32,000 nucleotides of DNA from Candidatus Nanosynbacter lyticus. Lineage in GTDB: Bacteria; Patescibacteriota; Saccharimonadia; Saccharimonadales; Saccharimonadaceae. A program made the translations under genes and the position numbers. The notes beneath the pieces are model-generated. The model was not told the origin of the DNA, ran no database searches, and saw only the letters and a program-made list of their open reading frames with translations. Positions 10,125-17,657 of this stretch are shown one piece after another (positions within the stretch are counted from its first letter, which is position 1; each line of letters opens with the position of its first letter). The stretch lies in contig NZ_CP124549.1 of NCBI RefSeq assembly GCF_030253515.1, positions 750,001 through 782,000 on the forward strand, in the 5' to 3' direction.

Positions 10125-12350
10125 CTACTCGGTTTGATTAGCCTCTGCCCGCGTCAGCTTATCAACCATCGGCAGAATCAGGTAAATACCGATGATGGCC
10201 GCCGCCAGACCGATACCAACGATGGCAAAGTACGTTGGTGTTAACACCGGCTTCAGCGTCGTCGAGAATGTGCTAGTAAACACCGCCCCCGTCCATACGC
10301 CAAGGCTACACGACAGAATCGAGGTGATCAGCAGCGGCGCCGCCGACTCAACCATCACCAACCGCTTCAGCTGGGCGAGACGCATACCGCCGAGCCGCAA
10401 GGTGTATAGCGAGCGGCGACGTTCCATCAGCCCGCCAATCGTCGAGACGATCAAGCTTGCCACCGCCACGAACAGCGTCACGCCGATACCGACATAGGCT
10501 AAGTCGGCAAACTCGCGAATCGTCGGATTGATGTGCGGCTTTTTAGAGTCAGTGCCGCTCACCGCATAGGTCAAATCGTACTGACTAGCTTTCGCCGTCA
10601 CCAAGGTGCGCAATTTCTCGATGTCATTGTCTGACTTCAATGTCACCAAATATTCTTTGGCGCCGTTCGTATCGACCTTATCGTTAACTAGCGACACGTT
10701 TTTGACTACTGGCGCATCAAAATTCAACAGCGCGAATTGGTCGGGCCGGGCATTATTCGGGCAAGCGTGCTCGGTATACTTCGCCAAATCCTGGCAGCGA
10801 ATTGCATCGCCATCCTCACGCGGATAGATCGTCGCCACCGACGTGATGTACGATTTTTGCTGCAGCTGCTCCGCCATATCGCCTGGCAGCGACCGGCCGA
10901 TGACAATTGCCGTGCCGCGCTTTAGCTGCGAAAAGCCGTTATCTTTGATAGCTTGAGCGTTTAAGCCTTCGATACCGCTGGTCGCCGTCAAATAAAAGCT
11001 GCCCGCAAACAGCGCCAATACCACGCCGCTGACGCTGCGGAAAATTGTCCGCGAATGCACCGCCGTACGCTTACCAGCGATCAGCATTGAAGCGTTACTA
11101 GCCCAGCGAGCTGCCAACAGCGACAGCTTATTGGTTAGCCAGCCGCCAGCCAGAATCAAGCCGAACATCACCAGCAGCAGCGCCGCCATCAATAGTACCG
11201 ACGGCAGAGCTGATTCTTTATTAGCCGCCAGCCAATCCCGCCCTGGCTTCGACGACAGCCATGCAAAGAACGCGATACCAAGTGCCGGCACCAGCGCCCG
11301 CCAAGCGCGCAATTTCTTCACCTTTTCAACCGAACGCGACACACCCAGCGGCGAAATCTGCGCCCGGCGCATCCGCCGCCAGTTGACAAACATCGTTAGT
11401 CCCAGCGTCAAACCAATAATCAGCGCGTATTGCATGCCGGTTAACGCCAAATCGCCAGGATTAAACCGCATGCCGTCCATCTTGAAATCCTGCAGAGGCG
11501 CTTGCAGCAGCCAAAACGCGCCCAGCCCGATAATCACGCCAACCACCGACGCCAGTAGCGATTCCAACATCAACACCCGTCCCACCTGCCGCTTAGTTGC
11601 GCCGATCAGCCGCAAAGCAGCATAGCGTTTCTCACGTTGCGCTGCGCCCAGCTGCGTCGCCACTGACACGAAAATGACAATCGGAAACAGCAAAATCGTC
11701 CCGCCGACACCAAATACAATGATCGCTACCGGATCAAATACAGCGTTCGACTTCAATCCATTGGTATCCGTCCGATAGACATCAGCAAAGTATGACGGCT
11801 GCCCCTGAGATTTGGTAAAAGCATCGCTCTCGGCCACTTCCTCGGCGCTCGCGCCACGTACCATCATCAGTGCATCCGGGCTGGCAACATATTCGCTAGG
11901 AATTACGCCAAGGTATTTGGTATTTTTACCAAAACGTGCCAAGATATTGTCCTCTGGATGCTGAGCAACCGCATCGGCCAACGCTTTTGATAAGTAGTAT
12001 TCACCAGGACGCGGCGTTTTTAGCTTGGCAAATTGCGGCGATTTAGCCGTGCCGTACATTGAATAAGACTGGATAGACTGACCGCGCCATTTCGACGCAT
12101 CACCACGCCAGGTACCGCCAATTTTCAGCGGTTCAATACCCTCAATCGGTTTTTGTTCAGCCGCACCGCGAGCCGCCTGATACGCCGCCGTATTAATTGC
12201 TAGCCCACTAGTGCGCCCCTTTATCCCGTTGATACCAGCCGTAAAGCAGCACACCAGCACGATCCCCAGCGCCACCGCCGCCGTGGTTAGACCCAGACGC
12301 GCGAACGACTGGCGGCCAGACTTTTGTAATAACATCCAACTAACGCTCAT
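10125..12350 (-). CDS. ABC transporter permease with two FtsX-type modules (MacB-like)
   Basis: 741 aa. The architecture repeats twice: TM helix, roughly 170-aa extracytoplasmic domain, three-TM bundle. Overlaps the upstream ATPase gene by 4 nt. Confidence 0.85.
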   Translation of the reverse strand: MSVSWMLLQKSGRQSFARLGLTTAAVALGIVLVCCFTAGINGIKGRTSGLAINTAAYQAARGAAEQKPIEGIEPLKIGGTWRGDASKWRGQSIQSYSMYGTAKSPQFAKLKTPRPGEYYLSKALADAVAQHPEDNILARFGKNTKYLGVIPSEYVASPDALMMVRGASAEEVAESDAFTKSQGQPSYFADVYRTDTNGLKSNAVFDPVAIIVFGVGGTILLFPIVIFVSVATQLGAAQREKRYAALRLIGATKRQVGRVLMLESLLASVVGVIIGLGAFWLLQAPLQDFKMDGMRFNPGDLALTGMQYALIIGLTLGLTMFVNWRRMRRAQISPLGVSRSVEKVKKLRAWRALVPALGIAFFAWLSSKPGRDWLAANKESALPSVLLMAALLLVMFGLILAGGWLTNKLSLLAARWASNASMLIAGKRTAVHSRTIFRSVSGVVLALFAGSFYLTATSGIEGLNAQAIKDNGFSQLKRGTAIVIGRSLPGDMAEQLQQKSYITSVATIYPREDGDAIRCQDLAKYTEHACPNNARPDQFALLNFDAPVVKNVSLVNDKVDTNGAKEYLVTLKSDNDIEKLRTLVTAKASQYDLTYAVSGTDSKKPHINPTIREFADLAYVGIGVTLFVAVASLIVSTIGGLMERRRSLYTLRLGGMRLAQLKRLVMVESAAPLLITSILSCSLGVWTGAVFTSTFSTTLKPVLTPTYFAIVGIGLAAAIIGIYLILPMVDKLTRAEANQTE

Positions 12351-13075
12351 CGGATAATCCTCGCATTAGTTTTATTAAGCCTCACCCGCATTGGATTTAC
12401 CGCCGCCTCGGCGCCAGAAATCTGCCCATCACGGACGATAATCTCCCGATCAGCGTAGGCGGCAATCGTCGGCTCGTGCGTCACCATAATGACTGTCGTG
12501 CCGTGCTCTTTGGCAGTTTTAATGAATAACTCCATGACCTTTTCTGAGTTCAGGCTATCTAATGAACCAGTTGGCTCATCAGCAAACAACACTTTCGGCT
12601 CAATCACCATGGCCCGGGCGATCGCCACCCGCTGCATTTGTCCGCCCGACAACTCGCCAAGCATACTGTCGGCTTTACTCGCCAACTCAACCTTATTCAG
12701 CCATGATTTCGCCTTTTGATAGGCCTCGTTTCGCTTGACGCCGTTGAGCAGCAATGGCAACGCTACATTGTCCAGCGCCGTTAGCTCCGGCACTAGCTGT
12801 CCAAACTGAAAGACAAAACCAAAGCTGGTGCGCCTTAGCAGACTGCGCTTATCGTCACCCATCTTATCAATCCGCTGGCCGTCGAAGTCGATCTCGCCGC
12901 CATCAACTTTGGTAATCGCTGCCAAGCTGTGTAGCAGTGTTGACTTACCAGAACCCGACGGACCCATAATCGCCAGTACTTCGCCCGCCTCGACATCCAA
13001 GCTAACACCGCGCAGCGCCTGCGTTTGCCCGAACGACTTTGTAATATTTTTAGCGCTAATTATTGGTTTGCTCAT
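12347..13075 (-). CDS. ABC transporter ATP-binding protein (MacB/LolD-type)
   Basis: Walker A GPSGSGKST, signature [14 protein letters not shown], Walker B VLFADEPTGSLD. Confidence 0.93.
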   Translation of the reverse strand: MSKPIISAKNITKSFGQTQALRGVSLDVEAGEVLAIMGPSGSGKSTLLHSLAAITKVDGGEIDFDGQRIDKMGDDKRSLLRRTSFGFVFQFGQLVPELTALDNVALPLLLNGVKRNEAYQKAKSWLNKVELASKADSMLGELSGGQMQRVAIARAMVIEPKVLFADEPTGSLDSLNSEKVMELFIKTAKEHGTTVIMVTHEPTIAAYADREIIVRDGQISGAEAAVNPMRVRLNKTNARIIR

Positions 13076-13598
13076 GCAAAATTTCCTCCTTTAGCCGCGT
13101 TAACCGCGAAATAGTTAATTCAATCCAGCGTAAATCCGCCTCCAAATGATACAGCGCGTGGTCGATCAGCAGCATGTCTGACAAGTTGCTATCACGTCGC
13201 TGCACTGTCAGCTCGCGCATCCGCTGGACATGCGCCTGTCGTTGGTTGTCCAAATACGGTGACGCATCGCCATCCTTCAGAATAGCCAGCACTGCTTTGA
13301 CATACATCGTCGCTTGTAGTTGTGGCGACGGCGCTTCTGGCGATTCCAGCCAGGCTTGCAACTCTTGCTTACCTTCATCAGTAATTTCATACCGAACCCT
13401 GTCTGGTCCGCCCGATTCGCCGGTATCAGCAATCTCCTTGACCTTATTGTCGCGCTTAAGTCGTGCCAACGTTGAATATATCTGACCAGCTAAAATTGGT
13501 TTATCCTTACCAAAATAGCCGTCATATTTTTTCTTTAACTCATAGCCGTAATTTGACTCTTCTGCCAAAAAACCTAACAGGGTATATTGAACGTTCAT
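13056..13598 (-). CDS. PadR-family transcriptional regulator
   Basis: LLGFLAEESNYGYELKK...GQIYSTLARLKRDN...GPDRVRYEITDEGKQELQAWL is a PadR winged-helix pattern. I chose the start at MNVQYT (13598) from the promoter geometry; the ORF track starts at 13646. Confidence 0.85.
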   Translation of the reverse strand: MNVQYTLLGFLAEESNYGYELKKKYDGYFGKDKPILAGQIYSTLARLKRDNKVKEIADTGESGGPDRVRYEITDEGKQELQAWLESPEAPSPQLQATMYVKAVLAILKDGDASPYLDNQRQAHVQRMRELTVQRRDSNLSDMLLIDHALYHLEADLRWIELTISRLTRLKEEILHEQTNN

Positions 13599-13604
13599 AC
13601 TCTT

Positions 13605-13633
13605 ACTATACACCCGATATTTAGTTATTGCAA
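13605..13633 (-). promoter_or_regulatory. sigma-70-type promoter of the PadR operon (leaderless geometry)
   Basis: The minus strand reads TTGCAA (13628-13633), 17 nt, TATAGT (13605-13610), aagagt, ATG. Confidence 0.5.
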
Positions 13634-13658
13634 TAGTTTTATTCACTCAGTGTATAGT
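13605..13658. promoter_or_regulatory. inverted repeat ACTATACAC-N36-GTGTATAGT (candidate PadR operator pair)
   Basis: Perfect 9-nt arms at 13605-13613 and 13650-13658 bracket the PadR promoter. Confidence 0.35.
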
Positions 13659-13787
13659 TTATGCTGACAGCTAACTATTCGTTCTCTTGCCATATTATCC
13701 ACCCCATCACAGATACCTCATTCCGTAGACCACCGCCCGAACGCGGGTAGACTTCACCAGAATGCATACTATTATGCAATTTTGACG

Positions 13788-13793
13788 TATAAT
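13788..13793 (+). promoter_or_regulatory. -10 box TATAAT, 6 nt upstream of ATG 13800
   Basis: Reads TATAATggatgcATG. The palindrome TGCATA-N4-TATGCA (13763-13778) sits over the expected -35 region. Confidence 0.4.
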
Positions 13794-13799
13794 GGATGC

Positions 13800-14408
13800 A
13801 TGGTTCAATTTTGCCGAGTGTATAATAATCAGCGATCTATCAAATCAGCTGTGTTAGGAATTGGTAAAATACTCAGTTTACCACAGTACGCACTACTGGC
13901 ACTTGCCTTATCTTTGCTCTTTGCACTCATTATTTTCTTTGCCATCAACACCAATTTTTATGGCCCGCTGATGATGTCACGACTGCCAATACTGGACAAG
14001 GCCGCCCTTTTGGGAACCATGTTTATTGATATATTCAAACAGGGCTTCAGCTCGCTAAACGGCGCGTTGCTCCTTGTGCTGTCACTCCTCCAAGGACTGT
14101 CAATTACCGTCGTCATTTTCACTGCCAAGAAAAATAAGCGTAGTGAACAGTCTGTCACTCGACAAGTCGGGCTTAGCGGCTTGGCCTCTGTGGCTGCTGC
14201 TATCGGTTTGGGTTGCGTGCCCTGTGGCACATCACTCATTCTGCCGCTCGTTGCCGTTCTCTTCTCAGGCGCCGCCGCAGCCACTGCCGCCACTGTCGCC
14301 AGCACCCTCGTGCTGATCCTAGCCCTGCTATTAAGCCTCTTTTCACTCTACAAGTCTGGACAAATCGCCTTTATGTATACCGAATTAGCAAAACAGGGGG
14401 ACATATGA
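13800..14408 (+). CDS. four-TM membrane protein with an intramembrane CxxC (GLGCVPCGTS)
   Basis: Four hydrophobic segments with CVPC in the third. ATGA overlap with the downstream DsbA-like gene. The start is uncertain: 13782 or 13800. Confidence 0.7.
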   Translation: MVQFCRVYNNQRSIKSAVLGIGKILSLPQYALLALALSLLFALIIFFAINTNFYGPLMMSRLPILDKAALLGTMFIDIFKQGFSSLNGALLLVLSLLQGLSITVVIFTAKKNKRSEQSVTRQVGLSGLASVAAAIGLGCVPCGTSLILPLVAVLFSGAAAATAATVASTLVLILALLLSLFSLYKSGQIAFMYTELAKQGDI

Positions 14409-15121
14409 ATCGACAAAAAACAGCCGGCATAGCACTCATTTGGGTCATCTTGGGGATTATGATCACGGGAATTGTAGCACTATTTATTTATGGTATTGTC
14501 AATCGCCCGCCAAATCGCCACATTGGTGACGGCAAGCCGTGGAACGAAAAGATGTCGCAAGGCTCTACTGAGGCCAAGCACGTATTCGTTGACTATACTG
14601 ATTATTTCTGCTCATTCTGTGCCGAAGTTGAAGCGGCCACCAACGCTGATTTCTTCAAAAATGAGTATCTCAAATCAGGCAAAGTTCGCTACGAACACCG
14701 CGTGGTGACGCTGCTCAAAGAAGTTACCGACAACACAGAAACTGGCGCTCACGCTGCTTTTTGCGCCGCTGACCAAGACAAATATTGGCAATATACACAC
14801 GACATCGTGCCACGCATCAAACGTGATTATTTTGACAAAGGAATTGGTGTGAAAAACGTTGCCGTACCGCAAAAAATTCCACCACTGCCGTTAGGCTACT
14901 TCCTGGCTTCTGCTAAAAATATTGGCATGGATGAGGCAACATTTACTGATTGTATGACCAAAAAACCTCACCAAAAAGAGATTGATGACAGCACCCAAAA
15001 AGCTCTGTCGCTTGGCGTGAGTGGTCTGCCATACATGGTGATTAATGATTATGTCGCCAGTGGATTTGCTGGTGGTGAAAATGGGCTGAAGGCGATTTTG
15101 AAAGCTGGTGGAGTGAACTAA
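14405..15121 (+). CDS. membrane-anchored DsbA/thioredoxin-like thiol:disulfide oxidoreductase
   Basis: TM anchor (IALIWVILGIMITGIVALFIYGIV), then FVDYTDYFCSFCAEV (CxxC) and a C-terminal GVSGLPYMVIN, which is DsbA-like. GGGGGA SD 4 nt upstream of ATG 14405. The ORF-track start at 14213 overlaps the upstream gene. Confidence 0.85.
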   Translation: MNRQKTAGIALIWVILGIMITGIVALFIYGIVNRPPNRHIGDGKPWNEKMSQGSTEAKHVFVDYTDYFCSFCAEVEAATNADFFKNEYLKSGKVRYEHRVVTLLKEVTDNTETGAHAAFCAADQDKYWQYTHDIVPRIKRDYFDKGIGVKNVAVPQKIPPLPLGYFLASAKNIGMDEATFTDCMTKKPHQKEIDDSTQKALSLGVSGLPYMVINDYVASGFAGGENGLKAILKAGGVN

Positions 15122-16635
15122 TGTCTGCCAAAAAAACGCAAACGAAATCTCAAAAATCATCAAAAGAACGACCGTTAACTCAGCCTCGTCGTGAGGCAAA
15201 AACCAACACGGCATCCTACAGTATATCCAGGCTGAGCAGTGTTTTATTCGCCATCCTACTCTTGCTGGCGGTAGTCGCCATGGCGGCGTTATTTTATCTC
15301 CAATCCATACAACCACCCGTCCAGCGCCCAACCGTTCTGGAAGATGAAAAGTACTATTTCACCGATTCACGCTATGCTGGCATCCGCTCCAAGTTCGTAA
15401 CGCGCGACACCAAACGCGAAAAGGTCTCAATTGAATATCCAATCACCAGCAATTCCAAAATCAACAAACTCATCGCCCGAGTAATCGACCGTGCTGACGG
15501 TGATTTCCGCCACACCGCCACTAACGCTCCGACATTCGACCGACCAATGACAGAGACGATTAGTTATCAAGTTACGCATAATAATTCGACCGCTCTGTCG
15601 ATCATTGTCAATATTAAACAAGATATGCACGGCGCGCATCCGGTGTCGCTGACGCATTTTTGGACGTTTGACAAGAAGTCTGGCGAGGTGATTGGCTTGG
15701 ATAATTTGACCGAGAAATCGGAGGAAGCCATCAAGGCAATCGTGACAGCTGCCCGGCACGACGTCGCGCAAACCATCAAGCAGCGCCAGCAACCAGAAGC
15801 GAATCTTGATGAGATGATCACCAAGAAGGCGTTATCGAACTTTACCATCACTGATGATGGTAACACCTTGGCTTGGCCAATTGGACAGGCGTCGCTCTTA
15901 CCGTCAGCCTACGGCGAAATGACGATCAAAGTGCCGATCGCCGCCGTTGCCAAATATCTGCAAAATCCGACAGCCCGGAAGCTGGCTAACATCCCCAAGC
16001 CGCCCGAGCCAAAGCCAGCGCCTGCCGCACCGACAGCCGCGAATTCTGGAGGTAAAGTGATTGCCCTGACATTCGATGATGGTCCAGGCCCGTACACCGC
16101 GCAGCTATTGGATATTTTGGATCAGCATGGCGCTAAAGCGACATTTTTCTTGATCGGCAGCAAAGTTTCCGCGCAAGCCGACGTATTGCGGCGCATGCAT
16201 GCGCACGGCCATCAACTGGGTAATCATTCGTGGTCGCACCCAGAGCTACCAAAGCTGCCGATTGACCAAATTGCCGGCGAAATTGACCGTACCAACGAGG
16301 CCATCAGACAAGCCACTGGCGTCAAGCCGAGCATCTTGCGCCCGCCTTATGGCGCCGTCAATGGCATTGTCCTGGAACAGATTCGTGCACGCGGTATGTC
16401 ATCAATCTTGTGGTCGGTCGACACCCGTGACTGGGCTGACCGCAACAGCGACATTGTCTGCTCGCGCGCCGTCGCTGGCGCTCGCCCCGGAGCCATCATC
16501 TTGATGCACGACATTCACCAAACCTCCGTTAATGCCGTGCCGTGTATCCTCAGCTCACTGAAGCAGCAGGGGTATTCGTTTGTGACCGTGCAGGGACTAC
16601 TCGGCAATATGGCGCCAGGGGCTGGATATCCGTAG
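15121..16635 (+). CDS. PdaC-like peptidoglycan/polysaccharide deacetylase (TM anchor + DUF3298/RsiV-like + NodB domain)
   Basis: NodB motifs ALTFDDGP, HSWSHP, LRPPYG and ILMHD. The upstream domain carries DMHGAHPVSLTHFWTFDKKSG, which is DUF3298-like. Pro-rich linker. TAATG overlap with the DsbA-like gene. Confidence 0.9.
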   Translation: MSAKKTQTKSQKSSKERPLTQPRREAKTNTASYSISRLSSVLFAILLLLAVVAMAALFYLQSIQPPVQRPTVLEDEKYYFTDSRYAGIRSKFVTRDTKREKVSIEYPITSNSKINKLIARVIDRADGDFRHTATNAPTFDRPMTETISYQVTHNNSTALSIIVNIKQDMHGAHPVSLTHFWTFDKKSGEVIGLDNLTEKSEEAIKAIVTAARHDVAQTIKQRQQPEANLDEMITKKALSNFTITDDGNTLAWPIGQASLLPSAYGEMTIKVPIAAVAKYLQNPTARKLANIPKPPEPKPAPAAPTAANSGGKVIALTFDDGPGPYTAQLLDILDQHGAKATFFLIGSKVSAQADVLRRMHAHGHQLGNHSWSHPELPKLPIDQIAGEIDRTNEAIRQATGVKPSILRPPYGAVNGIVLEQIRARGMSSILWSVDTRDWADRNSDIVCSRAVAGARPGAIILMHDIHQTSVNAVPCILSSLKQQGYSFVTVQGLLGNMAPGAGYP

Positions 16636-16677
16636 AATCGTAGCTGGATGTTGCGGCTACTCATTGCGGCGACTATT

Positions 16678-16902
16678 CTATTTATCTATCTCAAACACCT
16701 TATATTTCGAAGCCGCGCCGCGCATCAATTTTACCTTTGACGACGCCACGCTAAAATGCTTTGCCAGCAGCTTCACCGCCGCCGCGTTCGCTCGCCCTTC
16801 AATGGCTGGAGCCTTAGTGTAAATAGTCAGCGAACCATCATCACCAACCACGACTTCTTTGCGGTGACGAGAGTTGGGCTTGAGGTGGACGGAGATTTTC
16901 AT
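16678..16902 (-). CDS. DUF167 (YggU/UPF0235) family protein
   Basis: 74 aa. The pattern HLKPNSR...V...L.IYTKAPAIEGRANAA..KLLAKHF.V..S.V.L..GA.S..K is typical of DUF167. Confidence 0.8.
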   Translation of the reverse strand: MKISVHLKPNSRHRKEVVVGDDGSLTIYTKAPAIEGRANAAAVKLLAKHFSVASSKVKLMRGAASKYKVFEIDK

Positions 16903-16970
16903 GGTTAATATCTTACCGGCTTTGTCATATCACCTTTCCTTTAAACCTATTATACCCCCTTAAGCCGAGC

Positions 16971-16998
16971 CTTACGTATTGCAAATAGGCAACGTAAA
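16971..16998. other. hairpin / imperfect palindrome in the DUF167-XRE divergent intergenic region
   Basis: CTTACGTaTTGC-aaatag-GCAACGTAAG gives 11 bp with one bulge. Function unknown. Confidence 0.35.
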
Positions 16999-17059
16999 GT
17001 TGCTCGCCAAGACACTAAAATTACGCTATGCTGTTAGAAAATAAACGAAAGGGCGCCAA

Positions 17060-17656
17060 ATGATTTTTGCCAAAAAGCTTAAACAATTACGTCAACAAAC
17101 TGGTTGGTCACAAGAACAACTAGCCGATCGACTCAACGTTACACGACAAGCGGTTGCTAAGTGGGAACGAGGTGCGGGCTTTCCAGATATAGACAATATG
17201 CAAGCACTAGCAAAATTATTTAACACTAGCGTAGACGAGCTGCTTGACTACACGCGAGCAGGACTGGCTTCGGCCATACGCGAACCACTTGATCTTGATG
17301 CCTACCCGACAGATATGAAAGGATATTCAGCATCCGACCTGGCAGTTGCAGACAAATTTGCCGACGCCGACCACATTGAATCGCTAAATCGTTACCGACG
17401 ACTAACGTGGTGGCAAAAAATCATCGACTTTTTCGTAGGAGCTGGAACGCTTGATGTGGCTTTTTCCGGCGAGGCCATTGGACAACTTAAAGGCGATAGA
17501 CGCTATTATCTGGTTGAAAAATCTGGTCGCTCATGGATCGTCGAAGTTACAAAGACATACGTTGAACGTCGTGAGTTAACCAAACCGTTCCCGCGTCAAC
17601 AGCTGTCTGTTGATGATTTTATCTATCGACGAAGCGGGTTTATTGTAAAACCATAA
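17060..17656 (+). CDS. XRE-family HTH regulator with an uncharacterised C-terminal domain of about 130 aa
   Basis: The N-terminus LKQLRQQTGWSQEQLADRLNVTRQAVAKWERG is a Cro/C1 HTH. AAAGGG SD upstream. I did not recognise the C-terminal domain. Confidence 0.85.
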   Translation: MIFAKKLKQLRQQTGWSQEQLADRLNVTRQAVAKWERGAGFPDIDNMQALAKLFNTSVDELLDYTRAGLASAIREPLDLDAYPTDMKGYSASDLAVADKFADADHIESLNRYRRLTWWQKIIDFFVGAGTLDVAFSGEAIGQLKGDRRYYLVEKSGRSWIVEVTKTYVERRELTKPFPRQQLSVDDFIYRRSGFIVKP

Positions 17657-17657
17657 A

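Noticed and set aside
11131-11625. 164-aa ORF antisense to the FtsX permease gene
   Set aside because: Shadow ORF. The opposite-strand product has a coherent TM/FtsX architecture and this one does not.
13661-13750. 29-codon ORF (MLTANYSFSCHIIHPITDTSFRRPPPERG) starting 2 nt after the distal TATAGT copy
   Set aside because: The -10 to ATG spacing of 2 nt does not fit the leaderless geometry seen elsewhere. There is no SD and no recognisable peptide features.
13782-13787. TTGACG as a -35 box for the CxxC membrane-protein gene
   Set aside because: It directly abuts the TATAAT box with zero spacer, so it cannot serve as its -35.
14213-14404. Upstream extension of the DsbA-like ORF (MRALWHITHSAARC...)
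   Set aside because: It overlaps the CxxC membrane-protein gene in another frame and is Arg/Cys/His-rich nonsense-like sequence. The ATG at 14405 has a GGGGGA SD and an ATGA coupling overlap.
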